From Bugula neritina (lineage: Eukaryota; Animalia; Bryozoa), in assembly GCA_964035545.1 (NCBI GenBank), contig OZ037766.1, positions 18,129,081 through 18,193,080 of the forward strand: 64,000 nucleotides of DNA, written 5' to 3'. Positions 48,901 to 63,286 of the stretch are shown piece after piece. Position numbers and translations under genes: made by a program. Under the pieces are notes generated by a model that was given only the letters and a program-made list of their open reading frames with translations, ran no database searches and was not told the origin of the DNA. Positions within the stretch are counted from its first letter, which is position 1; the number at the start of each line of letters is the position of its first letter.

Positions 48901-51900
48901 TACACTGTATCATACTGAAGTATACTGTAACGCACTGAAATATACTGCAACATACTGAATTATACTGAAACATGCTGCAATATCCTGAAATATACTGCAA
49001 CATGCTGAAATATACTGCAAGACACTGAAACCTATTGAAATACACTGTAACATACTGATATACACTGCAACATACTGAAATACACTGTAACATACAGACA
49101 TACACTGCAACACACTGCAGCATACTGCAACATGCTGCAACATACTGAAATACACTGTAACATATTGAAATACACTGCAACACATTGAAATATGCTGTAA
49201 CATACTGAGATATACTGCAAGACACTGAAATATACTACAGCTCACTGAAGTATAGTGTAATTTACAGAAATGTACTGTAACATACTGAAATTTATTGTAA
49301 CATACTGAAATATACTGCAACATACTGAAATACACTGTAACATACTGAAATATATTGCAAAATACTGCAACATACTGAAATACACTGTAACATACTCAAA
49401 TACATTGTATCATACTGGAATATGCTATAACCCACTGAAATATACTGCAACTTACTGAAATATACTGTAACATACTGAAATATACTGCAACATACTGAAA
49501 TACACTGTAACATACAGAAGTACGCTGTAACATACAGAAATACACTGCAACATACTGCAACATACTGAAATACACTGTAACATACTGAAACACACTGCAA
49601 CATACTGAAATATACTGCAACTTAGTGAAATATACTGTAACATACTGAAATATACTGCAACATACTGAAATACACTGTAACATACAGAAGTACGCTGTAA
49701 CATTCAGAAATACACTGCAACATACTGCAACATACTGAAATACACTGTAACATACTGAAACACACTGCAACATACTGAAATATACTGCAACATACTGGAA
49801 CATACTGGAATATACTGTAACCCACTGAAATATACTGCAACATACTGAAATATACTGCAAGATACTGAAACCTACTGAAATACACTGTAACATACTGAAA
49901 TACACTGCAACATGCTGCAACATACTGAAATACACTGTAACATATTGAAATACATTGCAACACATTGAAATAAGTTGCAAGATACCGAAATATACTGCAA
50001 CATACTGAAAGACACTAAAACTCACTGAAGTATAGTGAAAAATCTAAAAATGCACTGTGGCATACTGAAATATACTGAAACACGCTGAAATATACTGGAA
50101 CATACTGAAATAAACTGTAACATACTGAGATATACTGCAAGATACTGAAATATGCTACAACTCACTGAAGTATAGTGTAATTTACGGAAATGTACTGTAA
50201 CATACTGAAATTTATTGTAACATACTGAATTATACTGCAACATACTGAAAAACACTGTAACATACTGAAAGACACTAAAACTCACTGAAGTATAGTGTAA
50301 TATCTGCAAATGCACTGTAATATATTGAAATTTACTGTAACACAGTGAAATATACTGTAACATACTGAAATATACTGTAACATACTGAGATACACTGCAA
50401 GATACTGAAATATACTACAACTCACTGAAGTATAGTGTAATTTACGAAAATGTACTGTAACATACTGAAATTTATTGTAACATACTGAATTATACTGCAA
50501 CATACTGGAATACACTGTAACATACTGAAACATATTGCAAAATACTGCAACATACTGAAATACGCTGTAACATACTGAAAGACGCCATATCATACTGAAA
50601 TATACTATAACCCACTGAAATATACTGCAACATACTGAAAAATACTGTAACATACTGAAATATACTGCAACATACTGAAATACACTGTAACATACAGAAA
50701 TACACTGCAACATACTGCAGCATACTGCAACATACTGCAACACGCTGAAATACACTGTAACATACTGAAATATATTGCAAAATACTGCAACATACTGAAA
50801 TACACTGTAACATACTGAAAGACACTAAAACTCACTGAAGTATAGTGTAATATCTGGAAATGCACTGTGACATACTGAAATATACTGAAACACGCTGAAA
50901 TATACTGCAACATACTGAAATATACTGTAACATACCGAAATTTATTGTAACATACCGAATTATACTGCAACATACTGAAATATACTGTAACATACTGAAA
51001 TATATTGCAAAATACTGCAACATACTTAAATACACTGTAACATACTGAAAGACACTAAAACTCACTGAAGTATAGTGTAATATCTGGAAATGCACTGTGA
51101 CATACTGAAATATACTGAAACACGCTGAAATATACTTCAACATACTGAAATATACCTAAAAATATTGAAACATACTGAAATACACTGTAACATGCTGAAA
51201 TACACTGTATCATACTGAAGTATACTGTAACGCACTGAAATATACTGCAACATACTGAATTATACTGAAACATACTGCAATATCCTGAAATATACTGCAA
51301 CATGCTGAAATATACTGCAAGACACTGAAACCTACTGAAATACACTGTAACATACTGATATACACTGCAACATACTGAAATACACTGTAACATACAGACA
51401 TACACTGCAACATACTGCAGCATACTGCAACATGCTGCAACATACTGAAATACACTGTAACATATTGAAATACACTGCAACACATTGAAATATGCTGTAA
51501 CATACTGAGATATACTGCAAGACACTGAAATATACTACAGCTCACTGAAGTATAGTGTAATTTACGGAAATGTACTGTAACATACTGAAATTTATTGTAA
51601 CATACTGAAATATACTGCAACATACTGAAATACACTGTAACATACTGAAATATATTGCAAAATACTGCAACATACTGAAATACACTGTAACATACTCAAA
51701 TACATTGTATCATACTGGAATATGCTATAACCCACTGAAATATACTGCAACTTACTGAAATATACTGTAACATACTGAAATATACTGCAACATACTGAAA
51801 TACACTGTAACATACAGAAGTACGCTGTAACATACAGAAATACACTGCAACATACTGCAACATACTGAAATACACTGTAACATACTGAAACACACTGCAA

Positions 51901-54900
51901 CATACTGAAATATACTGCAACATACTGGAACATACTGGAATATACTGTAACCCACTGAAATATACTGCAACATACTGAAATATGCTGCAAGATACTGAAA
52001 CCTACTGAAATACACTGTAACATACTGAAATACACTGCAACATGCTGCAACATACTGAAATACACTGTAACATATTGAAATACATTGCAACGCATTGAAA
52101 TAAGTTGCAAGATACCGAAATATGCTGCAACATACTGAAAGACACTAAAACTCACTGAAGTATAGTGAAAAATTTAAAAATGCACTGTGGCATACTGAAA
52201 TATACTGAAACACGCTGAAATATACTGGAACATACTGAAATAAACTGTAACATACTGAGATATACTGCAAGATACTGAAATATACTACAACTCACTGAAG
52301 TATAGCGTAATTTGCAGAAATGTACTGTAACACACTGAAATTTATTGTAACATACTGAATTATACTGCAACATACTGAAAAACACTGTAACATACTGAAA
52401 GACACTAAAACTCACTGAAGTATAGTGTAATATCTGCAAATGCACTGTAATATATTGAAATTTACTGTAACACAGTGAAATATACTGTAACATACTGAAA
52501 TATACTGTAACATACTGAGATATACTGCAAGATACTGAAATATACTACAACTCACTGAAGTATAGTGTAATTTACGAAAATGTACTGTAACATACTGAAA
52601 TTTATTGTAACATACTGAATTATACTGCAACATACTGGAATACACTGTAACATACTGAAACATATTGCAAAATACTGCAACATACTGAAATACGCTGTAA
52701 CATACTGAAAGACGCCGTATCATACTGAAATATACTATAACCCACTGAAATATACTGCAACATACTGAAAAAAACTGTAACATACTGAAATATACTGCAA
52801 CATACTGAAATACACTGTAACATACAGAAATACACTGCAACATACTGCAGCATACTGCAACATGCTGCAACACGCTGAAATACACTGTAACATACTGAAA
52901 TATATTGCAAAATACTGCAACATACTGAAATACACTGTAACATACTGAAAGACACTAAAACTCACTGAAGTATAGTGTAATATCTGGAAATGCACTGTGA
53001 CATACTGAAATATACTGAAACACGCTGAAATATACTGCAACATACTGAAATATACTGTAACATACCGAAATTTATTGTAACATACCGAATTATACTGCAA
53101 CATACTGAAATATACTGTAACATACTGAAATATATTGCAAAATACTGCAACATACTTAAATACACTGTAACATACTGAAAGACACTAAAACTCACTGAAG
53201 TATAGTGTAATATCTGGAAATGCACTGTGACATACTGAAATATACTGAAACACGCTGAAATATACTTCAACATACTGAAATATACCTAAAAATATTGAAA
53301 CATACTGAAATACACTGTAACATGCTGAAATACACTGTATCATACTGAAGTATACTGTAACGCACTGAAATATACTGCAACATACTGAATTATACTGAAA
53401 CATACTGCAATATCCTGAAATATACTGCAACATGCTGAAATATACTGCAAGACACTGAAACCTATTGAAATACACTGTAACATACTGATATACACTGCAA
53501 CATACTGAAATACACTGTAACATACAGACATACACTGCAACACACTGCAGCATACTGCAACATGCTGCAACATACTGAAATACACTGTAACATATTGAAA
53601 TACACTGCAACACATTGAAATATGCTGTAACATACTGAGATATACTGCAAGACACTGAAATATACTACAGCTCACTGAAGTATAGTGTAATTTACGGAAA
53701 TGTACTGTAACATACTGAAATTTATTGTAACATACTGAAATATACTGCAACATACTGAAATACACTGTAACATACTGAAATATATTGCAAAATACTGCAA
53801 CATACTGAAATACACTGTAACATACTCAAATACATTGTATCATACTGGAATATGCTATAACCCACTGAAATATACTGCAACTTACTGAAATATACTGTAA
53901 CATACTGAAATATACTGCAACATACTGAAATACACTGTAACATACAGAAGTACGCTGTAACATACAGAAATACACTGCAACATACTGCAACATACTGAAA
54001 TACACTGTAACATACTGAAACACACTGCAACATACTGAAATATACTGCAACTTAGTGAAATATACTGTAACATACTGAAATATACTGCAACATACTGAAA
54101 TACACTGTAACATACAGAAGTACGCTGTAACATTCAGAAATACATTGCAACATACTGCAACATACTGAAATACACTGTAACATACTGAAACACACTGCAA
54201 CATACTGAAATATACTGCAACATACTGGAACATACTGGAATATACTGTAACCCACTGAAATATACTGCAACATACTGAAATATACTGCAAGATACTGAAA
54301 CCTACTGAAATACACTGTAACATACTGAAATACACTGCAACATGCTGCAACATACTGAAATACACTGTAACATATTGAAATACATTGCAACACATTGAAA
54401 TAAGTTGCAAGATACCGAAATATACTGCAACATACTGAAAGACACTAAAACTCACTGAAGTAAAGTGAAAAATCTAAAAATGCACTGTGGCATACTGAAA
54501 TATACTGAAACACGCTGAAATATACTGGAACATACTGAAATAAACTGTAACATACTGAGATATACTGCAAGATACTGAAATATGCTACAACTCACTGAAG
54601 TATAGTGTAATTTACGGAAATGTACTGTAACATACTGAAATTTATTGTAACATACTGAATTATACTGCAACATACTGAAAAACACTGTAACATACTGAAA
54701 GACACTAAAACTCACTGAAGTATAGTGTAATATCTGCAAATGCACTGTAATATATTGAAATTTACTGTAACACAGTGAAATATACTGTAACATACTGAAA
54801 TATACTGTAACATACTGAGATATACTGCAAGATACTGAAATATACTACAACTCACTGAAGTATAGTGTAATTTACGAAAATGTACTGTAACATACTGAAA

Positions 54901-56768
54901 TTTATTGTAACATACTGAATTATACTGCAACATACTGGAATACACTGTAACATACTGAAACATATTGCAAAATACTGCAACATACTGAAATACGCTGTAA
55001 CATACTGAAAGACGCCATATCATACTGAAATATACTATAACCCACTGAAATATACTGCAACATACTGAAAAATACTGTAACATACTGAAATATACTGCAA
55101 CATACTGAAATACACTGTAACATACAGAAATACACTGCAACATACTGCAGCATACTGCAACATACTGCAACATGCTGAAATACACTGTAACATACTGAAA
55201 TATATTGCAAAATACTGCAACATACTGAAATACACTGTAACATACTGAAAGACACTAAAACTCACTGAAGTATAGTGTAATATCTGGAAATGCACTGTGA
55301 CATACTGAAATATACTGAAACACGCTGAAATATACTGCAACATACTGAAATATACTGTAACATACCGAAATTTATTGTAACATACCGAATTATACTGCAA
55401 CATACTGAAATATACTGTAACATACTGAAATATATTGCAAAATACTGCAACATACTTAAATACACTGTAACATACTGAAAGACACTAAAACTCACTGAAG
55501 TATAGTGTAATATCTGGAAATGCACTGTGACATACTGAAATATACTGAAACACGCTGAAATATACTTCAACATACTGAAATATACCTAAAAATATTGAAA
55601 CATACTGAAATACACTGTAACATGCTGAAATACACTGTATCATACTGAAGTATACTGTAACGCACTGAAATATACTGCAACATACTGAATTATACTGAAA
55701 CATACTGCAATATCCTGAAATATACTGCAACATGCTGAAATATACTGCAAGACACTGAAACCTACTGAAATACACTGTAACATACTGATATACACTGCAA
55801 CATACTGAAATACACTGTAACATACAGACATACACTGCAACATACTGCAGCATACTGCAACATGCTGCAACATACTGAAATACACTGTAACATATTGAAA
55901 TACACTGCAACACATTGAAATATGCTGTAACATACTGAGATATACTGCAAGACACTGAAATATACTACAGCTCACTGAAGTATAGTGTAATTTACGGAAA
56001 TGTACTGTAACATACTGAAATTTATTGTAACATACTGAAATATACTGCAACATACTGAAATACACTGTAACATACTGAAATATATTGCAAAATACTGCAA
56101 CATACTGAAATACACTGTAACATACTCAAATACATTGTATCATACTGGAATATGCTATAACCCACTGAAATATACTGCAACTTACTGAAATATACTGTAA
56201 CATACTGAAATATACTGCAACATACTGAAATACACTGTAACATACAGAAGTACGCTGTAACATACAGAAATACACTGCAACATACTGCAACATACTGAAA
56301 TACACTGTAACATACTGAAACACACTGCAACATACTGAAATATACTGCAACATACTGGAACATACTGGAATATACTGTAACCCACTGAAATATACTGCAA
56401 CATACTGAAATATGCTGCAAGATACTGAAACCTACTGAAATACACTGTAACATACTGAAATACACTGCAACATGCTGCAACATACTGAAATACACTGTAA
56501 CATATTGAAATACATTGCAACGCATTGAAATAAGTTGCAAGATACCGAAATATGCTGCAACATACTGAAAGACACTAAAACTCACTGAAGTATAGTGAAA
56601 AATTTAAAAATGCACTGTGGCATACTGAAATATACTGAAACACGCTGAAATATACTGGAACATACTGAAATAAACTGTAACATACTGAGATATACTGCAA
56701 GATACTGAAATATACTACAACTCACTGAAGTATAGCGTAATTTGCAGAAATGTACTGTAACACACTGA
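45929..56768 (+). repeat. Dispersed paralogue of about 20341-31180 (offset 25588 bp)
   Basis: Offsets 20584->46172, 24434->50022 and 28864->54452 equal 25588. The rare variant AGTAAAGTGA is shared at 28871 and 54459. Confidence 0.9.
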
Positions 56769-58853
56769 AATTTATTGTAACATACTGAATTATACTGCAA
56801 CATACTGAAAAACACTGTAACATACTGAAAGACACTAAAACTCACTGAAGTATAGTGTAATATCTGCAAATGCACTGTAATATATTGAAATTTACTGTAA
56901 CACAGTGAAATATACTGTAACATACTGAAATATACTGTAACATACTGAGATATACTGCAAGATACTGAAATATACTACAACTCACTGAAGTATAGTGTAA
57001 TTTACGAAAATGTACTGTAACATACTGAAATTTATTGTAACATACTGAATTATACTGCAACATACTGGAATACACTGTAACATACTGAAACATATTGCAA
57101 AATACTGCAACATACTGAAATACGCTGTAACATACTGAAAGACGCCGTATCATACTGAAATATACTATAACCCACTGAAATATACTGCAACATACTGAAA
57201 AAAACTGTAACATACTGAAATATACTGCAACATACTGAAATACACTGTAACATACAGAAATACACTGCAACATACTGCAGCATACTGCAACATGCTGCAA
57301 CACGCTGAAATACACTGTAACATACTGAAATATATTGCAAAATACTGCAACATACTGAAATACACTGTAACATACTGAAAGACACTAAAACTCACTGAAG
57401 TATAGTGTAATATCTGGAAATGCACTGTGACATACTGAAATATACTGAAACACGCTGAAATATACTGCAACATACTGAAATATACTGTAACATACCGAAA
57501 TTTATTGTAACATACCGAATTATACTGCAACATACTGAAATATACTGTAACATACTGAAATATATTGCAAAATACTGCAACATACTTAAATACACTGTAA
57601 CATACTGAAAGACACTAAAACTCACTGAAGTATAGTGTAATATCTGGAAATGCACTGTGACATACTGAAATATACTGAAACACGCTGAAATATACTTCAA
57701 CATACTGAAATATACCTAAAAATATTGAAACATACTGAAATACACTGTAACATGCTGAAATACACTGTATCATACTGAAGTATACTGTAACGCACTGAAA
57801 TATACTGCAACATACTGAATTATACTGAAACATACTGCAATATCCTGAAATATACTGCAACATGCTGAAATATACTGCAAGACACTGAAACCTATTGAAA
57901 TACACTGTAACATACTGATATACACTGCAACATACTGAAATACACTGTAACATACAGACATACACTGCAACACACTGCAGCATACTGCAACATGCTGCAA
58001 CATACTGAAATACACTGTAACATATTGAAATACACTGCAACACATTGAAATATGCTGTAACATACTGAGATATACTGCAAGACACTGAAATATACTACAG
58101 CTCACTGAAGTATAGTGTAATTTACGGAAATGTACTGTAACATACTGAAATTTATTGTAACATACTGAAATATACTGCAACATACTGAAATACACTGTAA
58201 CATACTGAAATATATTGCAAAATACTGCAACATACTGAAATACACTGTAACATACTCAAATACATTGTATCATACTGGAATATGCTATAACCCACTGAAA
58301 TATACTGCAACTTACTGAAATATACTGTAACATACTGAAATATACTGCAACATACTGAAATACACTGTAACATACAGAAGTACGCTGTAACATACAGAAA
58401 TACACTGCAACATACTGCAACATACTGAAATACACTGTAACATACTGAAACACACTGCAACATACTGAAATATACTGCAACTTAGTGAAATATACTGTAA
58501 CATACTGAAATATACTGCAACATACTGAAATACACTGTAACATACAGAAGTACGCTGTAACATTCAGAAATACATTGCAACATACTGCAACATACTGAAA
58601 TACACTGTAACATACTGAAACACACTGCAACATACTGAAATATACTGCAACATACTGGAACATACTGGAATATACTGTAACCCACTGAAATATACTGCAA
58701 CATACTGAAATATACTGCAAGATACTGAAACCTACTGAAATACACTGTAACATACTGAAATACACTGCAACATGCTGCAACATACTGAAATACACTGTAA
58801 CATATTGAAATACATTGCAACACATTGAAATAAGTTGCAAGATACCGAAATAT
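47909..58853 (+). repeat. About 2.5 tandem copies of the 4430-bp higher-order unit
   Basis: Offsets 47982->52412->56842 and 49292->53722->58152 equal 4430. Confidence 0.9.
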
Positions 58854-61800
58854 ACTGTAACATAATGAAAGACACTAAAACTCACTGAAGTATAGTGTAA
58901 TATCTGCAAATGCACTGTAACATATTGAAATTTACTGTACCACAGTGAAATATACTGTAACATACTGAAATATACTGTAACATACTGAGATATACTGCAA
59001 GATACTGAAATATACTACAACTCTCTGAAGTATAGTGTAATTTACGAAAATGTACTGTAACATACTGAAATTTATTGTAACATACTGAATTATACTGCAA
59101 CATACTGAAAAACACTGTAACATACTGAAAGACACTAAAACTCACTGAAGTATAGTGTAATGTCTGCAAATGCACTGTAATATATTGAAATTTACTGTAA
59201 CACAGTGAAATATACTGTAACATACTGAAATATACTGTAACATACTGAGATATACTGCAAGATACTGAAATATACTACAACTCACTGAAGTATAGTGTAA
59301 TTTATGAAAATGTACTGTAACATACTGAAATTTATTGTAACATACTGAATTATACTGCAACATACTGGAATACACTGTAACATACTGAAACATATTGCAA
59401 AATACTGCAACATACTGAAATACGCTGTAACATACTGAAAGACGCCGTATCATACTGAAATATACTATAACCCACTGAAATATACTGCAACATACTGAAA
59501 AATACTGTAACATACTGAAATATACTGCAACATACTGAAATACACTGTAACATACAGAAATACACTGCAACATACTGCAGCATACTGCAACATACTGCAA
59601 CATGCTGAAATACACTGTAACATACTGAAATATATTGCAAAATACTGCAACATACTGAAATACACTGTAACATACTGAAAGACACTAAAACTCACTGAAG
59701 TATAGTGTAATATCTGGAAATGCACTGTGACATACTGAAATATACTGAAACACGCTGAAATATACTGCAACATACTGAAATATACTGTAACATACCGAAA
59801 TTTATTGTAACGTACCGAATTATACTGCAACATACTGAAATATACTGTAACATACTGAAATATATTGCAAAATACTGCAACATACTTAAATACACTGTAA
59901 CATACTGAAAGACACTAAAACTCACTGAAGTATAGTGTAATATCTGGAAATGCACTGTGACATACTGAAATATACTGAAACACGCTGAATTATACTGCAA
60001 CATACTGAAATACACTGCAACATACTGAAATACACTGTAACATACTGAAAGACACTAAAACTCACTGAAGTATAGTGTAATACCTGCAAATGCACTGTAA
60101 CATATTGAAATTTACTGTAACACAGTGAAATATACTGTAACATACTGAAATATACTGTAACATACTGAGATATACTGCAAGATACTGAAATATACTACAA
60201 CTCTCTGAAGTATAGTGTAATTTACGAAAATGTACTGTAACATACTGAAATTTATTGTAACATACTGAGTTATACTGCAACATACTGAAATACACTGTAA
60301 CATACTGAAACATATTGCAAAGTACTGCAACATACTGAAATACACTGTAACATACCGAAAGACGCTGTATCATAATGAAATATACTATAACCCACTGAAA
60401 TATACTGCAACATACTGAAATATACTGTAACAAACTGAAATATACTGCAACATACTGAAATACACTGTAACATACAGAAATACACTGCAACATACTGCAG
60501 CAAACTGCAACATACTGCAACATACTGAAATACACTGTAACATATTGAAATACACTGCAACACATTGAAATATGCTTCAACATACCGAAATATATGGTAA
60601 CCTACTGAAATATGTTGCAAACTACTGAAATATATTGCAACATACTGCAACTTAATAAAATATACTGTAACATACTGAAATATACTGGAAGATACTGAAA
60701 CCTACTGAAATACACTGTAACATACTGAAATACACTGCAACATACTGCAACATACTGAAATACACTGTAACATATTGAAATACATTGCAACACATTGAAA
60801 TAAGTTGCAAGATACTGAATTATACTGCAACATACTGAAAGACACTAAAACTCACTGAAGTATAGTGAAAAATCTGAAAATGCACTGTGGCATACTGAAA
60901 TATACTGAAACACGCTGAAATATACTGGAACATACTGAAATAAACTGCAACATACTGAGATATACTGCAAGATACTGAAATATACTACAACTCACTGAAG
61001 TATAGTGTAGTTTGCAGAAATGTACTGTAACAGACTGAAATTTATTGTATCATACTGAAATATACGGCAACGTACTGAAATACACTGTAACATACTGAAA
61101 TATATTGCAAAATACTGCAACATACTGAAGTATGCTGCAACATACTGAAAGACACTAAAACTCACTGAAGTATAGTGTAATATCTGCAAATGCACTGTAA
61201 CATACTGAAATTACTGTAACACACTGAAAGATACTGTAACATACTGAAATATACTGTAACATACGGAGATATACTGCGAGATACTGAAATATACTACAAC
61301 TCACTGAAGTATAGTGTAATTTTCGGAAATGTACTGTAACATACTGAATTTTATGGTAACATACTGAATTATACTGCAACATACTGAAATACACTGTAAC
61401 ATACTGAAACATATTGCAAAATACTGCAACATACTGAAATACACTGTAACATACTGAAAGACGCTGTATCATACTGAAATATACTATAACCCACTGAAAT
61501 ATACTGCAACATACTGAAATATACTGTAACATACTGAAATATACTGCAACATACTGAAATACACTGTAACATACAGAAATACACTGCAACATACTGCAGC
61601 ATACTGCAACATAGTGCAACATACTGAAATGCACTGTAACATATTGAAATACGCTGCAACACATTGAAATATGCTGCAACATACCGAAATATATACTAAC
61701 CTACTGAAATATTATGCAAACTACTGAAACATACTGCAACATACTGCAACATAATGAAACATACTGCAACATGCTGAAATATACTGCAAGACACTGAAAC

Positions 61801-63286
61801 CTACTGAAATACACTGTAACATACTGAAATACGCTGCAACATACTGCAACATACTGAAAGACACTAAAACTCACTGAAGTATAGTGTAATATCTGGAAAT
61901 GCACTGTGACATACTGAAATATACTGTAACATACTGAAATATACTGGAACATACTGAGATATAATGCAAGATACTGAAATATACTACAACTCACTGAAGT
62001 ATAGTGTAATTTACGGAAATGTACTGTAACATACTGAAATTTATTGTAACATACTGAAATATACCGCAACATACTGAAATACACTGTAACATACTGAAAT
62101 GCATTGCAAAATACTGCAACATACTGAAATACACTGTAACATACTGAAATACACTGCAACATACTGAAATACACTGTAACATACAGAAATACACTGCAAC
62201 ATACTGCAACATACTGCAACATACTGGAAGATACTGGAATATACTGTAACCCACTGAAATATACTGCAACATACTGAAATATACTGCAAGATACTGAAAA
62301 CTACTGAAATACACTGCAACATATTGCAACATACTGAAATACACTGTAACATATTGAAATACATTGCAACACATTGAAATAAGTTGCAAGATACCGAAAA
62401 ATACTGCAACATACTGAAAGACACTAAAACTCACTGAAGTATAGTGAAAAATCTGAAAATGCACTGTAACATACTGAGATATACTGCAAGATACTGAAAT
62501 ATACTACAACTCCCTGAAGTATAGTGTAATTTACGAAAATGTACTGTAACATACTGAAATTTATTGTAACATACTGAATTATACTGCAACATACTGAAAT
62601 ACACTGTAACATACTGAAACATATTGCAAAATACTGCAACATACTGAAATACACTGTAACATACTGAAAGACGCTGTATCATACTGAAATATACTATAAC
62701 CCACTGAAATATCTTGCAACACACTGGAATATACTTCAACATACTGAAATACACTGTAACATACAGAAATACACGGCAACATACTGCAGCATACTGCAAC
62801 ATACTGCAACATACTGAAATGCACTGTAACATATTGAAATACGCTGCAACACATTGAAATATGCTGCAACATACCGAAATATATACTAACCTACTGAAAT
62901 ATGTTGCAAACTACTGAAACATACTGCAACATACTGCAACATAATGAAATATACTGCAACATGCTGAAATATACTGCAAGACACTGAAACCTACTGAAAT
63001 ACACTGTAATATACTGAAATACGCTGCAACATACTGCAACATACTGAAAGACACTAGAACTCACTGAAGTATAGTGTAATATCTGGAAATGCACTGTGAC
63101 ATACTGAAATATACTGTAACATACTGAAATATACTGGAACATACTGAGATATAATGCAAGATACTGAAATATACTACAACTCACTGAAGTTTAGTGTAAT
63201 TTACGGAAATGTACTGTAACATACTGAAATACGCTGTATCATACTGAAATATACTATAACCCACGGAAATATACTGCAACATACTG
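58854..63286 (+). repeat. Dispersed paralogue of about 41515-45947 (offset 17339 bp)
   Basis: Offsets 41543->58882, 44362->61701 and 45552->62891 equal 17339. Shared variants include ACCACAGTGA (41600/58939), AACTCCCTGA (45169/62508) and AGTTTAGTGT (45849/63188). Confidence 0.9.
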
